Below are positions 40,837-50,118 of a DNA stretch of 64,000 bases, piece after piece. Below the pieces are notes generated by a model. That model was not told the origin of the DNA and did no database searches. It saw only the letters and a list, made by a program, of their open reading frames with translations. A program made the position numbers and the translations under genes. The stretch spans positions 201,228-265,227 of the forward strand of contig JBJMHA010000041.1 in NCBI GenBank assembly GCA_045807625.1. The letters are read 5' to 3'. This DNA comes from Thermoanaerobaculia bacterium (GTDB taxonomy: Bacteria > Acidobacteriota > Thermoanaerobaculia > Multivoradales > UBA5704). The stretch's first letter is position 1. Every line of letters begins with the position of its first letter.

Positions 40837-40893
40837 GGCGGAGACGGTTGTAGGATCTCTCCCGCTCGGACCCGCGGTCCGGAAAGGAGCCTC

Positions 40894-42201
40894 ATGATCC
40901 TCCCGCGCGCCTTCGTCCTCCTCGCCCTCCTGGCCGCTCCGGCCCTCGCCGCGCCGCCGGCCCCCGGGCGCCCCCACGCCGAGCTCCCGGACGAGGCCCG
41001 GGCCATCGACGCCGAGCTGGTCGGCTGCGGCACACGGAGCTCGCTCTCCTCCTGGACCGATCCCAAACGGGGGATCGGCTGCGGGCGCGACGTGGTGGTG
41101 CGGCGGCTCAACGAGATCGCCGCCCGGACCGGCGGGCGGCTCCAGGTGGTCGTCGACAAATATGAGACGACCGGCCAGCGCACCGGCAACGTGCCGGTGC
41201 ACATGGAGAACGTCTACGCCGTCCTCGAAGGGACCGACCCCCTGCGCCGCAAGACCGCCTACGTGATGTCCGGCCACCTCGACTCCCGCGCCACAGACGT
41301 CATGGACGCGAAGTCCGACGCCCCCGGGGCGGACGACGACGCCTCGGGGGTGATCGTCTCGCTCCTCTCCGCGCGGGCGATGGCGGAGAAGCCGGGCGGC
41401 TTCCGGGCCACCCTGGTCTTCGCCGCCGTGGCCGGGGAGGAGCAGGGGCTCCTGGGCGCCCGGCGGATGAAGGAGTGGCTGGCTCAGCAGGGGTACCAGG
41501 TGGGCGGCATGATCACCAACGACATCGTCGGCGCCACCAACGGCTCCAAGGACCGCCGGCCGCGCGTCTTCAGCGACGGAGGGCTGGACGGCGTCGACTC
41601 CCCCGGCCGGCAGATGGCCCGCCGCCTCGACGAGCTGGCGGGGCCCAAGCGGGTGCGCCTCATCCTCCGGCGCGACCGCTTCGGCCGCGGCGGCGACCAC
41701 ATCCCCTTCACCGAGGCCGGGCTGCCCGGCATCCGCGTCACCGAGCCGCTGGAGAATTACGACCACCAGCACCAGGACGTCCGGATGGAGAAGGGGGTCC
41801 AGTACGGCGACCTGATGCAGTACATGGACTTCCCCTTCGTGGTCGAGGTGGCGGCGCTCGACCAGCTCCTCCTCGGCGAGCTGGCCGCGGCCCCGGCGCC
41901 CCCGAAGGCCGCCGCCCTCTCCGGCGCCGTGACGCCCTCCGCCAAGATCACCATCGAGGCCGAGGACGACCCCGAGCGCCAGGGGTTCGAGCTGCTCCAG
42001 AGAGAGACGACCGACGCCCGCTGGCACGTCCTGCGGACGGTCGACCGCCCCGGTCAGGCCGTGCTGGAGAACACCAGCACCGACAACGAATACTTCGCCG
42101 TCCGCAGCGTCGGCAGGAACGGCCGCCGGAGCTTCGCCGTCCCCTGCGTGGCGGCTCCGGCCCAGCCGGCCCCCGCGCCCGCCAAGCCGCCGGGGCGCTG
42201 A
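40894..42201 (+). CDS. M28-family secreted aminopeptidase
   Basis: Signal peptide. Zn-ligand motifs of the M28 family (HLDS, DDDASG, EEQGLLG). Confidence 0.75.
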   Translation: MILPRAFVLLALLAAPALAAPPAPGRPHAELPDEARAIDAELVGCGTRSSLSSWTDPKRGIGCGRDVVVRRLNEIAARTGGRLQVVVDKYETTGQRTGNVPVHMENVYAVLEGTDPLRRKTAYVMSGHLDSRATDVMDAKSDAPGADDDASGVIVSLLSARAMAEKPGGFRATLVFAAVAGEEQGLLGARRMKEWLAQQGYQVGGMITNDIVGATNGSKDRRPRVFSDGGLDGVDSPGRQMARRLDELAGPKRVRLILRRDRFGRGGDHIPFTEAGLPGIRVTEPLENYDHQHQDVRMEKGVQYGDLMQYMDFPFVVEVAALDQLLLGELAAAPAPPKAAALSGAVTPSAKITIEAEDDPERQGFELLQRETTDARWHVLRTVDRPGQAVLENTSTDNEYFAVRSVGRNGRRSFAVPCVAAPAQPAPAPAKPPGR

Positions 42202-42212
42202 TTCGAGGTCGA

Positions 42213-42716
42213 TCAGCCGAACATCTTGCCGAGCTCGCCGAGGATGCCGCCGCCGGGCTGCGCGCCGGGCGCTCCCGCGGCTCCGCCGCCGCGGATCTCC
42301 TGGAGCATGGGGACCGAGCCCGCGACCTTCTGCAGGAGATCGGCGCCGCCGCGCTGCTGGAGGAGGCTGAGGAGCGCGGGCACGAGCTGCATCAGCTTGT
42401 CGGCGCTGAGCCCTGAGTGGGCGAGGGCGGAGATCAGGCCGCCCACGCCGCCGGAGGAGCCCGTGAGCCCCCCGATCAGCCCGCCGAGCTCTCCCAGGAG
42501 CCCGCCGCCGCCGTCTCCGCCGGGCGCCGGGCTCGCCTGTGCGGCCGCGGCCTTGCCCATCCACTTGGAGGCCTCGGGTACCGCCCGCAGGAGCTGCTCG
42601 AAGTCGACCTGCGAGGCGTGCTCGCGGATCAGGTTCAGCAGAGCGCCCGCCCCCACCTCGGTCTGGCCCGGATGGGTGCCCAATTGGTTGACCAACTGCC
42701 GCAGAAGCTCGTCCAT
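42213..42716 (-). CDS. Gly-rich hypothetical protein
   Basis: Start MDELLRQLVNQL with GGGAGG RBS. Low-complexity Gly tracts. Confidence 0.5.
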   Translation of the reverse strand: MDELLRQLVNQLGTHPGQTEVGAGALLNLIREHASQVDFEQLLRAVPEASKWMGKAAAAQASPAPGGDGGGGLLGELGGLIGGLTGSSGGVGGLISALAHSGLSADKLMQLVPALLSLLQQRGGADLLQKVAGSVPMLQEIRGGGAAGAPGAQPGGGILGELGKMFG

Positions 42717-42888
42717 TGCTCCTCCCTTTTTCAAACATCCTACCGTAACCGGCCGGACGAAGAAAAAATCGGCGGCGCTTCCTACGTCCAGGAAGCGCCG
42801 CTCTGGAGGAGCAATGCGTGCCAACCGGAGAGCGGTTCGTGTTGTGTCGTTGTCTCTGGGACCCATTCTGGGGACCCGAGATTACGAA

Positions 42889-44169
42889 TCACATTAAGGG
42901 CTCAGCCGCTGCTTCCGCCGGCCCCGGCCCCGCCGGCCCCGCGCTCCTCCGCTCCAGCCGCTTGCCGAACCGGCGGCCGAAGACCTTGGCCATCGCCTGG
43001 AGCTTGAGCGTCTGCAGCGGATACCGGTGGGGGCTCAAGGCCCGGCACTCCTCCGGCAGCATCACCAGGCTGACGTGGACGTTGGGCGCCACCCCGACCG
43101 GCAGCCCCTTCTCCATGCAGGCCTCGAAGAGACGGCGGAAGACGGGGACCATCGCCTCGGTCTCCGGCGGCTCGGCGTTCTGGAGGTCGGTGCCGGTCAG
43201 CGGTCGGAAGACGCAGACGGTGGGGACCGCCCCGACCGAGGTGATCCAGTCGATGGCGCGGATCGACGACTCCGGCGGCTCGAGGCCGGCGATGATCTCG
43301 CCGTTGGTCACCCAAGGCTCCCCCTTCGGCCCCTTGTGGGTGAGGGCGGCGCAGTAGCGGATCGCCTCCAGGTAGTGGTCGAGCCCGTACTCGGCGTGCT
43401 TGCCGGGGCAGACCTCCTCGAAGAGCCGGCGGTCGAAGATCTCGAAGCAGAACGAGACGCGGTTGACGCCGATCTCCCGCAGGTGGTCGTAGCGCCGGAG
43501 GTCGCGGTGGGGGGGCGTCTGCACGCCCACCAGAAGCCCGAGCTCGCGCTTGATGCGGACGATGAACGGCTCCAGGATGTCGAGGTAGGTGTCCCCCTCG
43601 TAGTGGCCGGTGTTGAAGTCGACGTAGGTGATCCCCGACTCCTCCCGCGCCGCCCGCACCACCTCCATCACCTCGTCGATCGACTTGTCGTCGGCGTCGT
43701 CGATGCCCAGGTTCAATCCCACCGAGCAGAACTTGCAATTCACCTTCTCCGGCCTGGCCGTCCAATACTCGCAGACCTTCGCCTGATAGATGCCGAGATA
43801 GGTCCCCTGGAGGGTGCCGACGCGGGTCATCGGCTTGCCCGTGGAGGTCGGCCGGTCGTACCAGCCGGGACGGGGAGAGAGGGTGACGGCGGTCACGTCG
43901 CTGCCGTTCCAGCGCACCAGGTAGCGTCCCCCCTCGCGGTGGAGGGTATAGGGGGAGCAGGCGGCGAAGCGCTCGGTCACCGGCACGTTGGTCCACAGGT
44001 TCCCCGGCAGGATCATCTCCAGCCCGCTGCCGAGGCCGGCGCGGGTGCGCAGGATCTTCCGTCCGCCGTCCTCCTCGACGAGGCAGGAATCGTCCAGGCG
44101 GATCCCCTTGCAGTAGAGGTCGAGCTTGAGCAGGGCGGAGCTCGAACGCAGGTCTTGGAGAGAAATCAT
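42889..44169 (-). CDS. putative radical-SAM-like enzyme with non-canonical Cys spacing
   Basis: CEYWTARPEKVNCKFCSV is a C-x12-C-x2-C arrangement. TIM-barrel-like composition. Confidence 0.45.
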   Translation of the reverse strand: MISLQDLRSSSALLKLDLYCKGIRLDDSCLVEEDGGRKILRTRAGLGSGLEMILPGNLWTNVPVTERFAACSPYTLHREGGRYLVRWNGSDVTAVTLSPRPGWYDRPTSTGKPMTRVGTLQGTYLGIYQAKVCEYWTARPEKVNCKFCSVGLNLGIDDADDKSIDEVMEVVRAAREESGITYVDFNTGHYEGDTYLDILEPFIVRIKRELGLLVGVQTPPHRDLRRYDHLREIGVNRVSFCFEIFDRRLFEEVCPGKHAEYGLDHYLEAIRYCAALTHKGPKGEPWVTNGEIIAGLEPPESSIRAIDWITSVGAVPTVCVFRPLTGTDLQNAEPPETEAMVPVFRRLFEACMEKGLPVGVAPNVHVSLVMLPEECRALSPHRYPLQTLKLQAMAKVFGRRFGKRLERRSAGPAGPGPAEAAAEPLM

Positions 44170-44266
44170 GGAATCTCCTCGTGATCGTTCCCTGGAGGCT
44201 ATCGAGGAGATCCCCCCGCCGTCGCCACCCGGCGGGCGGGGGGGGCCAACCCGGAGGGGTGGGGGC

Positions 44267-45169
44267 CTACGGCGAGACCTTGCGGGTCGCGGTAGCGAGC
44301 ACGCGCGTCAGCATCAGCCGGCGGAACGCGGCGTTGAGAGCTCCCATCTCCGCGCGCGCCTCGGTCTCCGAGTGGAGCTCGCCGAGGAGCACCTCGCGGG
44401 CGCGCAGACGGCCGAGGTCCATCATGAGGCTCAGCACCTCCCAGCGTCTGTCGACGAATCTGCACGGCGGACGGTGCCGGGGACGGATCACCACGGTCCG
44501 CTCGCGGAACGGCGCCGGGATGACATGGTCGGGGTCGTTGGGGCCCTGGTAGAGCCCCCCCTCGCTCTCTCCCTTCATGGTGATCAGGACGACGGCGTCG
44601 CACCCTTCGGCGAATGCCTTCTCGTAAGGGAGATTGTCCGCGAGGCCACCGTCCCCATAGCGCTCGCCGTCGAGGCGGGGAGCGTGGGTGTAGAACGGGG
44701 GCATGTAGTTCGAGGCCAGGCAGAGCGCCAGCGGGTCCTCGGCCGTGCGCGCGTCGAAGAAGGTCCCCTGCCGGTCCCGCAGGCGGGTGACGCCGACCCA
44801 GAGCGGCTTCGCCTCCGGCCGGCGCAGCCGCTCGGCCCCGATGTAGCGGCCGAAGGTGCGGCGGTGCATCTCGGTGAACCGGTACGGCGTATGCTCTCGC
44901 AGGAGCCCGCGGACGTCGACGTGGGGCATCCGGGTGAAGGCGCGCCAGTACTGCCGGAGGCGGGGGACCGCGCCGGTCGAGACCGCGGCGCCGTTCCAGA
45001 CTCCGCCCGAGACCGCCACCGAGAGGGCGGGATCGATCCCGATCTCGTGGAGGATCTCGATCACCCCCACCTGGAAGGAGCAGCGGGACGAGCCGCCGGA
45101 GAGGACGAGCCCCACCTTCCGGGCGGAACGGAGCAGATCGAGGGCGGGTGTCGCGGAATCCATGCTCAC
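44267..45169 (-). CDS. patatin-like phospholipase
   Basis: LSGGSSRCSF oxyanion region, AVSGG nucleophile, DGG Asp. Confidence 0.7.
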   Translation of the reverse strand: MSMDSATPALDLLRSARKVGLVLSGGSSRCSFQVGVIEILHEIGIDPALSVAVSGGVWNGAAVSTGAVPRLRQYWRAFTRMPHVDVRGLLREHTPYRFTEMHRRTFGRYIGAERLRRPEAKPLWVGVTRLRDRQGTFFDARTAEDPLALCLASNYMPPFYTHAPRLDGERYGDGGLADNLPYEKAFAEGCDAVVLITMKGESEGGLYQGPNDPDHVIPAPFRERTVVIRPRHRPPCRFVDRRWEVLSLMMDLGRLRAREVLLGELHSETEARAEMGALNAAFRRLMLTRVLATATRKVSP

Positions 45170-45260
45170 CGGCGCATTCTACTGAGCGTTGCGGGCCCGG
45201 TGCCAGACTCCGGGGAGGCATGAGTCCTGCAAATTCTTCTCCACGGATGGAGGAACCACG

Positions 45261-45959
45261 ATGAGAAAGATCATCTCCCGCAGCTTTCTGGCGCCGCTCC
45301 TCGCGGCGGCCTTCCTCGCCGGTTGCGGCCCGGAGTACTACCCGGGCGACCAGCGCTATCCGGAAGGCGCCTATGGACGGTACGGCGAGCCCGGCGACCT
45401 GAGCGGCACGGTCGCGAGCGTCAACCCCCGGGCGCGGCTCATCTACATCGACGAGGAGGACGGCGACCGCGACGCGGGTCCGGTCGTCCTTTCCTACGAC
45501 GACGGCACGACCGTGCGTTACCAGGGGCGGTCCTTCCGGCCGGAGGACCTGGAGCGGGGCGACCGCATCCAGGTCAGCGTCGACCGGAACGACGACGGCC
45601 GCCTGCTCGCCGAGAGCATCGACGTGCTCTACGACGTGAGCCAGGGCGGGCCGCCCCCGCCCCCGACCCCGAGGGGAGACCGCGACCGCGACCGGGGCCG
45701 CGGCGTCGACCGCGACGGGGGCCTGCAAGGGGTCATCCGCTCGATCGACACCGAGGCTCAGACCCTGGAGATCGACCGTTCCGGGGAGCGGGTCACGGTG
45801 AGCTACGACGATCGCACCCCCGTCCGCTTCCAGGGAGAGCGCTACAGCCCCGACAACCTGGAACGGGGGGACGAGGTGCGCATCCGGGTCCACGACTACG
45901 ACGGCCGGCTCTTCGCGCAGGAGATCGTCGTGGTGCGGGACCGGCGCTCTCGCGGGTAG
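45261..45959 (+). CDS. lipoprotein with two internal repeat domains
   Basis: Lipobox FLAGCG. Repeats TVRYQGRSFRPEDLERGDRIQVSV and PVRFQGERYSPDNLERGDEVRIRV. Confidence 0.6.
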   Translation: MRKIISRSFLAPLLAAAFLAGCGPEYYPGDQRYPEGAYGRYGEPGDLSGTVASVNPRARLIYIDEEDGDRDAGPVVLSYDDGTTVRYQGRSFRPEDLERGDRIQVSVDRNDDGRLLAESIDVLYDVSQGGPPPPPTPRGDRDRDRGRGVDRDGGLQGVIRSIDTEAQTLEIDRSGERVTVSYDDRTPVRFQGERYSPDNLERGDEVRIRVHDYDGRLFAQEIVVVRDRRSRG

Positions 45960-46085
45960 GGGTAGGGGGACCGCCCTGGAAGGGCGGGTATTGAATAGCT
46001 TGGGGTTTCAACCCCAAGCGGAGAGCCGCGCCACCACCCCCACCTGGGGTTGAAACCCCAGGCTGGTGAATATCGCCCTTTCAGG
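45960..46085. repeat. ~110-bp composite palindrome with GGGGTTtcAACCCC-type hairpins
   Basis: ccgccctggaagggcgg, ttggggtttcaaccccaa and ctggggttgaaaccccag are arranged symmetrically. A related gggatttcaatccc occurs at 47355. Confidence 0.6.
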
Positions 46086-46184
46086 GCGGGCAAAGATGCG
46101 TACGGCATGAGGGCGCGCGAAGGTCGATGTCTTTGGGAGTACGATTGCGGGTTAGAAATCCTGCCGCTCCCGAAGGGAGATCCC

Positions 46185-46841
46185 ATGAGACGACCCAGCG
46201 TCCAAGCCTGCCTCCTGCTCGCCACGATCGGCCTGGCGGCCGCCGCCAATGCCGCCGCGGTGGAGCAGGCCTCGAATCTCGATACCGATCTGGCGAAGCT
46301 GCAAGCCGTCGCGGACAGTTACCCTCCTGAGATCGGGACCCCCGCGGACCGCTCCCGCGTGGAGGCGCTCTGGAAGTCCGTCGAGGCGCGCCTGCTCCAG
46401 GCTCCGCACGGCTTCGAGACGGAGTTGAAGCTGGGCAACTTCTACCGGATGGGCCACAACCTCGACGTCAAGGGCGCCTGGGACAAGGCGGTGGCGCACC
46501 TGAACGAGGCGGCGCGGCTGCGGCCGGATTCGCCCCTGCCGTTGACCATGCTCGGCGCGCACTACTCGGGCTCCGGCCATGCCGCGGACGCCGTGGCGCC
46601 GCTCCAGCGCGCCCTGACCCTCAGCGGCGACCAGCCGGCCCCCGGGATCTACGCCAACCTGGCCTTCGCCTATTACCAACTTGGCGAATCCGAGAAGGTG
46701 GTGCGGTACGCGACCGCCTACCTCAAGACCAACCCCGACTCTTCCGTCATGAAGCTCCTCAAGGAGAGGTCGGAGGCGGCGCTCCGCGGGGGACCCAAGC
46801 CCAAGACGATCGAGATGGATAAAAAGCCGCCCAGGAGATAG
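46185..46841 (+). CDS. secreted TPR-like protein
   Basis: Signal peptide MRRPSVQACLLLATIGLAAAANA. Helical repeat composition. Confidence 0.55.
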   Translation: MRRPSVQACLLLATIGLAAAANAAAVEQASNLDTDLAKLQAVADSYPPEIGTPADRSRVEALWKSVEARLLQAPHGFETELKLGNFYRMGHNLDVKGAWDKAVAHLNEAARLRPDSPLPLTMLGAHYSGSGHAADAVAPLQRALTLSGDQPAPGIYANLAFAYYQLGESEKVVRYATAYLKTNPDSSVMKLLKERSEAALRGGPKPKTIEMDKKPPRR

Positions 46842-46856
46842 ATCGCCCGGCAAGCC

Positions 46857-47312
46857 CTATACGCGCCGGACGTGCTCGCCCGCGCGGCGGAGGTGGCCGG
46901 AGCGCATCACCACCGCCTCCAGAAACCCTTCGCGGTCCTTGGGCGAGACCAGCAGCCTTCGGCGGTTGCCGTAGCGGATCTCCAGGCGGTCGAGCGACAG
47001 CGCGGGGGATTTGATCAGGCTCCGCGACGGGCGGATCGAATCGATCTCGTCGATCGCGACCCGCCACTGGAAGAGGCCGGAACGGGCGATCACCTCCCGG
47101 CCGGTCACCTCATAGCGGGTGGATATCAGCGTTCCCACGATGATGCCCAGGATCAGGGCCTCGATCCCCACGACCAGGAAGATGGCCGGAATCGGCGGAT
47201 TTGACAGCAGCGCCGAGCCCATCACCACCACCGAGGCGCCGGCCGGCAGCAGCATGAACGTCGCGATCCACCAGTCGACTTTGGAGGGGAAAACGAGGGT
47301 TGAGGAGTCCAT
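46857..47312 (-). CDS. membrane protein with bacterial PH (YdbS/DUF304-like) domain
   Basis: Two TM helices followed by a PH-like domain. Start MDSSTLVF. Confidence 0.5.
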   Translation of the reverse strand: MDSSTLVFPSKVDWWIATFMLLPAGASVVVMGSALLSNPPIPAIFLVVGIEALILGIIVGTLISTRYEVTGREVIARSGLFQWRVAIDEIDSIRPSRSLIKSPALSLDRLEIRYGNRRRLLVSPKDREGFLEAVVMRSGHLRRAGEHVRRV

Positions 47313-47463
47313 GGCGTGCACGTTGATTCTAGAGCTTCCCAACCCGGAAGCCCCGCCCGGGATTTCAATCCCAGGAGGGAGAGGCCGCTTGCCTCCTTCG
47401 CGTGGCCGTCGCCGGAAGACGACAAATTTGACCCTCTACGAGAGACCTCGATATACTCCGGCC

Positions 47464-48339
47464 ATGGCCGAGCCCGTCCGCAAGATGCCGGCCGATCTGG
47501 AGACAGCGTCTCCGGATGCCGATCCCTTCCGTTACGGATGGCGGCCGAGGTACGTCCGCCTGCCCGACGGCGAAGTCATCGTCGAGGAGATCCCGCTGAC
47601 CGCCGAGGACCTCCTGGACCCTCAGGACGGAGACGTCGTGGGCCAGAGCGAGTACCACTTCTTCCTTCTGATCCTCCTCGCCGACCTGCTGCGGCGTTAC
47701 TACACGGATCAGAAGGACGTCTTCGTGGCCGGCGATCTCAAGATGCTCTGGAGGATTCCGGGGCTCAAGAATCCGGCTCCTGATATCGCGGTGATCCCGG
47801 GGGTCCGCGACCGGACCGCCGACCGCAAGAGCTTCGACGTCGTCGCGGAGGGGACCCGGCCCTGCCTGGTGATCGAGCTGGTCTCCTCCACGGACGAGAA
47901 GACCCGGAGCAACGACTACGACAAGAAGGTCAAGATCTACGAGCGAGCGCGGATCCCGGAATACTTCATCCTCGACCCGCCGACCTCCTACACCCAGGGG
48001 CGCTTCCTCATCAGCGGCTTTCGCCTCGGCCCGGACGGGCGCTACCGGCCGATCGCGCCGGATTCCCAGGGTCGCATCCTCTCCGAGACCACGGGCCTCC
48101 TCTTCGCCCCGCCCATTGACGGCTGTGCCGTCCAGGTCTTCGAGGCCGCCACGGGGACCCCGTTGCTGAGCTCCGTTGAAGAGTCCGAGGCCCGGAAAGC
48201 CGCGGAGAGGCGCGCCGCGGCCGAGTGGCGCCGCGCCGAGGCAGCGAGTCAGCGCGCCGAGGCAGCGAGGCAACGCGCGGAGGCCGCCGAGGCGGAGCTC
48301 GCCCGGCTCCGGGCGGAGATCGAACGCCTCCGGCGCTGA
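47464..48339 (+). CDS. Uma2-family (DUF820) PD-(D/E)XK endonuclease with coiled-coil tail
   Basis: SEYHFFLLIL...D...EL.S nuclease core. C-terminal AEAARQRAEAAEAELARLRAEIERLRR. Confidence 0.7.
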   Translation: MAEPVRKMPADLETASPDADPFRYGWRPRYVRLPDGEVIVEEIPLTAEDLLDPQDGDVVGQSEYHFFLLILLADLLRRYYTDQKDVFVAGDLKMLWRIPGLKNPAPDIAVIPGVRDRTADRKSFDVVAEGTRPCLVIELVSSTDEKTRSNDYDKKVKIYERARIPEYFILDPPTSYTQGRFLISGFRLGPDGRYRPIAPDSQGRILSETTGLLFAPPIDGCAVQVFEAATGTPLLSSVEESEARKAAERRAAAEWRRAEAASQRAEAARQRAEAAEAELARLRAEIERLRR

Positions 48340-48559
48340 CCTCTCACCCAAATCCTAGACAGCCTTCCGCATCTCCCCGTGGTGGTCGTCGTGCCCGTAC
48401 TTGCGGAGCGCCTCCTCGACGGGGAGCTTGCGCACCCGGAGGAGATTGCCGGAGACCTCCCGGATACACGACTCGCCAGGAGGACGGCCCCCGCGTCCCG
48501 TCCCCCTGACGCACTTCAATTGTCAAAGAACCCTACGGGCGACCCCGCGCGCTTGCGAG

Positions 48560-48900
48560 GTTGCCCGAAGCCCTTCAAGATCTCCCGAGCGCCTTTTTTC
48601 CCTTCCCGGCGCCCGTTTTCACGATCCCGGCGGCTGCTCAACGTTCCCCAACGCTTTTCGAGTCTTCCCGAGCAGCTATCTTGCTTGCCCGGCGGCTTTT
48701 TAGCTTCCCGAACGGCCATCCAGCGTTCCCGAGCACCCATCCAACGTTCCCGAGCGGCCATCCAACGCTCCCAGCCGTCATCCTGTCTTCCCGAGCCGCC
48801 GGGTAAGCGATCCGAGCCGCCGGGTTGGCAATTGAGACGGCATCCAGCTCTCGGAAGGCGCATCCAGGGCTCCGGAAGCCTCATCCGGGGGATCGAAGCC
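48560..48900. repeat. degenerate ~21-bp tandem repeats (ccatccaNcgttcccgagc)
   Basis: Six or more consecutive units downstream of the Uma2 gene. Confidence 0.65.
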
Positions 48901-49006
48901 GTCATCCCGCCCTTTTCGTGATGCGCAAGGGCATTGTACCCATCTACCCAGCTCCAGTCTAGGGGAGGGAGGAGGCGAGAATTTTTATCCTAGTCCGCAT
49001 AATTAT

Positions 49007-49036
49007 CTTGACAAGCCGAGAGCGCCGGATCTAGGA
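49007..49036 (+). promoter_or_regulatory. sigma70-like promoter (TTGACA-N18-TAGGAT) with no annotated + strand CDS downstream
   Basis: ttgacaagccgagagcgccggatctaggat. Followed by about 250 nt of hairpin-rich non-coding sequence. Confidence 0.3.
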
Positions 49037-49319
49037 TGGCGCCCGTCTCAAGCAGGCATCACCTCCCGGTCCCAGAGGCTGGGAGAGAGACGGAAGGGAG
49101 GTCTCAGGGCCTCCTGGGTGCTCTTTGACAATTGAATCCAAGCAGGACCCCCTCCCCTTCCTCACCGGGCCGGGAAGAGGGAGGGGGCTTGAGGTGTGGG
49201 AAATCCCCCTCAGGGCGGAATCTGCTCAGCCTAGTGCGCCGTCAACCTTGAAATGACAGGAAGTCAACCGAGCAAACGATCGTTGGAATCGAGGCAGCGG
49301 TTTTTCGAGGCTACGGCTA

Positions 49320-49745
49320 TCAGGATCGTTCCGGGAGGATGCGAAAGCGCTTCTTGCCTTCGATGCGGTAGGCCTCGAAATCGTCGTGATCGACCGTGAA
49401 GATCGTGATCAGTCCTTCTTTTCGCGCCAGGTGGACGAGCGTCGCGTCGGCGAAGTCCATCAGGCGGTCCTGGTAGCGGACCATCAGGGCTTCGAGCTCG
49501 GTCAGATCGGCGTCGTCGATCGGCAGGACGGTCACGGCTCCTGAGCGGAGAAAGCCCCACACCCGGGAGAGCTCGTGGGGGCCCTTCATGAGATGAAAGA
49601 GCTCGGCGAGGACCGCCGCGGACGTGGCCAGCGGAAAAGAGAGCTTCTGGAAGGCTTTGAAGCAGGCCCGGTGCCAGCGGTCGTCCGCGTCGAGGAGCGC
49701 CAGGATCGCGCCGGTGTCGATGAGACCGCGAGGTCTAGCGTCCAT
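49320..49745 (-). CDS. vapC: PIN-domain toxin VapC
   Basis: LIDTGAILALLDADDRWH ... FTVDHDDF acidic PIN residues. Confidence 0.8.
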   Translation of the reverse strand: MDARPRGLIDTGAILALLDADDRWHRACFKAFQKLSFPLATSAAVLAELFHLMKGPHELSRVWGFLRSGAVTVLPIDDADLTELEALMVRYQDRLMDFADATLVHLARKEGLITIFTVDHDDFEAYRIEGKKRFRILPERS

Positions 49746-50019
49746 GCCGGCTTGCGATCCTCGCACGGACCTCGGAGCGGGTGTTCTCGGCCCGGCTGGG
49801 GTCGCCTCCGTGGAGGGTGCCGGCGAATTTCAGGGCCTCGTCGCGGATACGCCGCTGCCTCTCGTCCTCGCCTTCGTCCCGCCCCCTGGAATGCTCCAGC
49901 CAGTCCCGGGCGATCTGCTCGAGAAGCTCCGAGACGCTCTTGCGCTCCGCCCGCGCGGCCTCCTCGAGCTCGCTTTTGAGTTGGGGAGAAAGGCGCCAGC
50001 TATAGACTTCCGTCTTCAT
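49735..50019 (-). CDS. vapB: VapB-type antitoxin
   Basis: 94 aa. Overlaps the vapC start by 11 nt. Charged, with RHH/MetJ-like composition. Confidence 0.6.
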   Translation of the reverse strand: MKTEVYSWRLSPQLKSELEEAARAERKSVSELLEQIARDWLEHSRGRDEGEDERQRRIRDEALKFAGTLHGGDPSRAENTRSEVRARIASRHGR

Positions 50020-50118
50020 GCACTACAGTGTAGTGCGCCAAGGTTGGTGAAGCAAACAAAACCGCCGGGCGGCTTAAGGCCCGGCGGCGGGTTGGAGCGT
50101 CGGCGGCGGGAGCGCCCG

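Noticed and set aside
36221-42738. 1114-aa and 1058-aa minus-strand ORFs
   Set aside because: Antisense to the wHTH-TPR regulator and the M48/M28 peptidase genes. Arg/Gly/Pro-rich nonsense.
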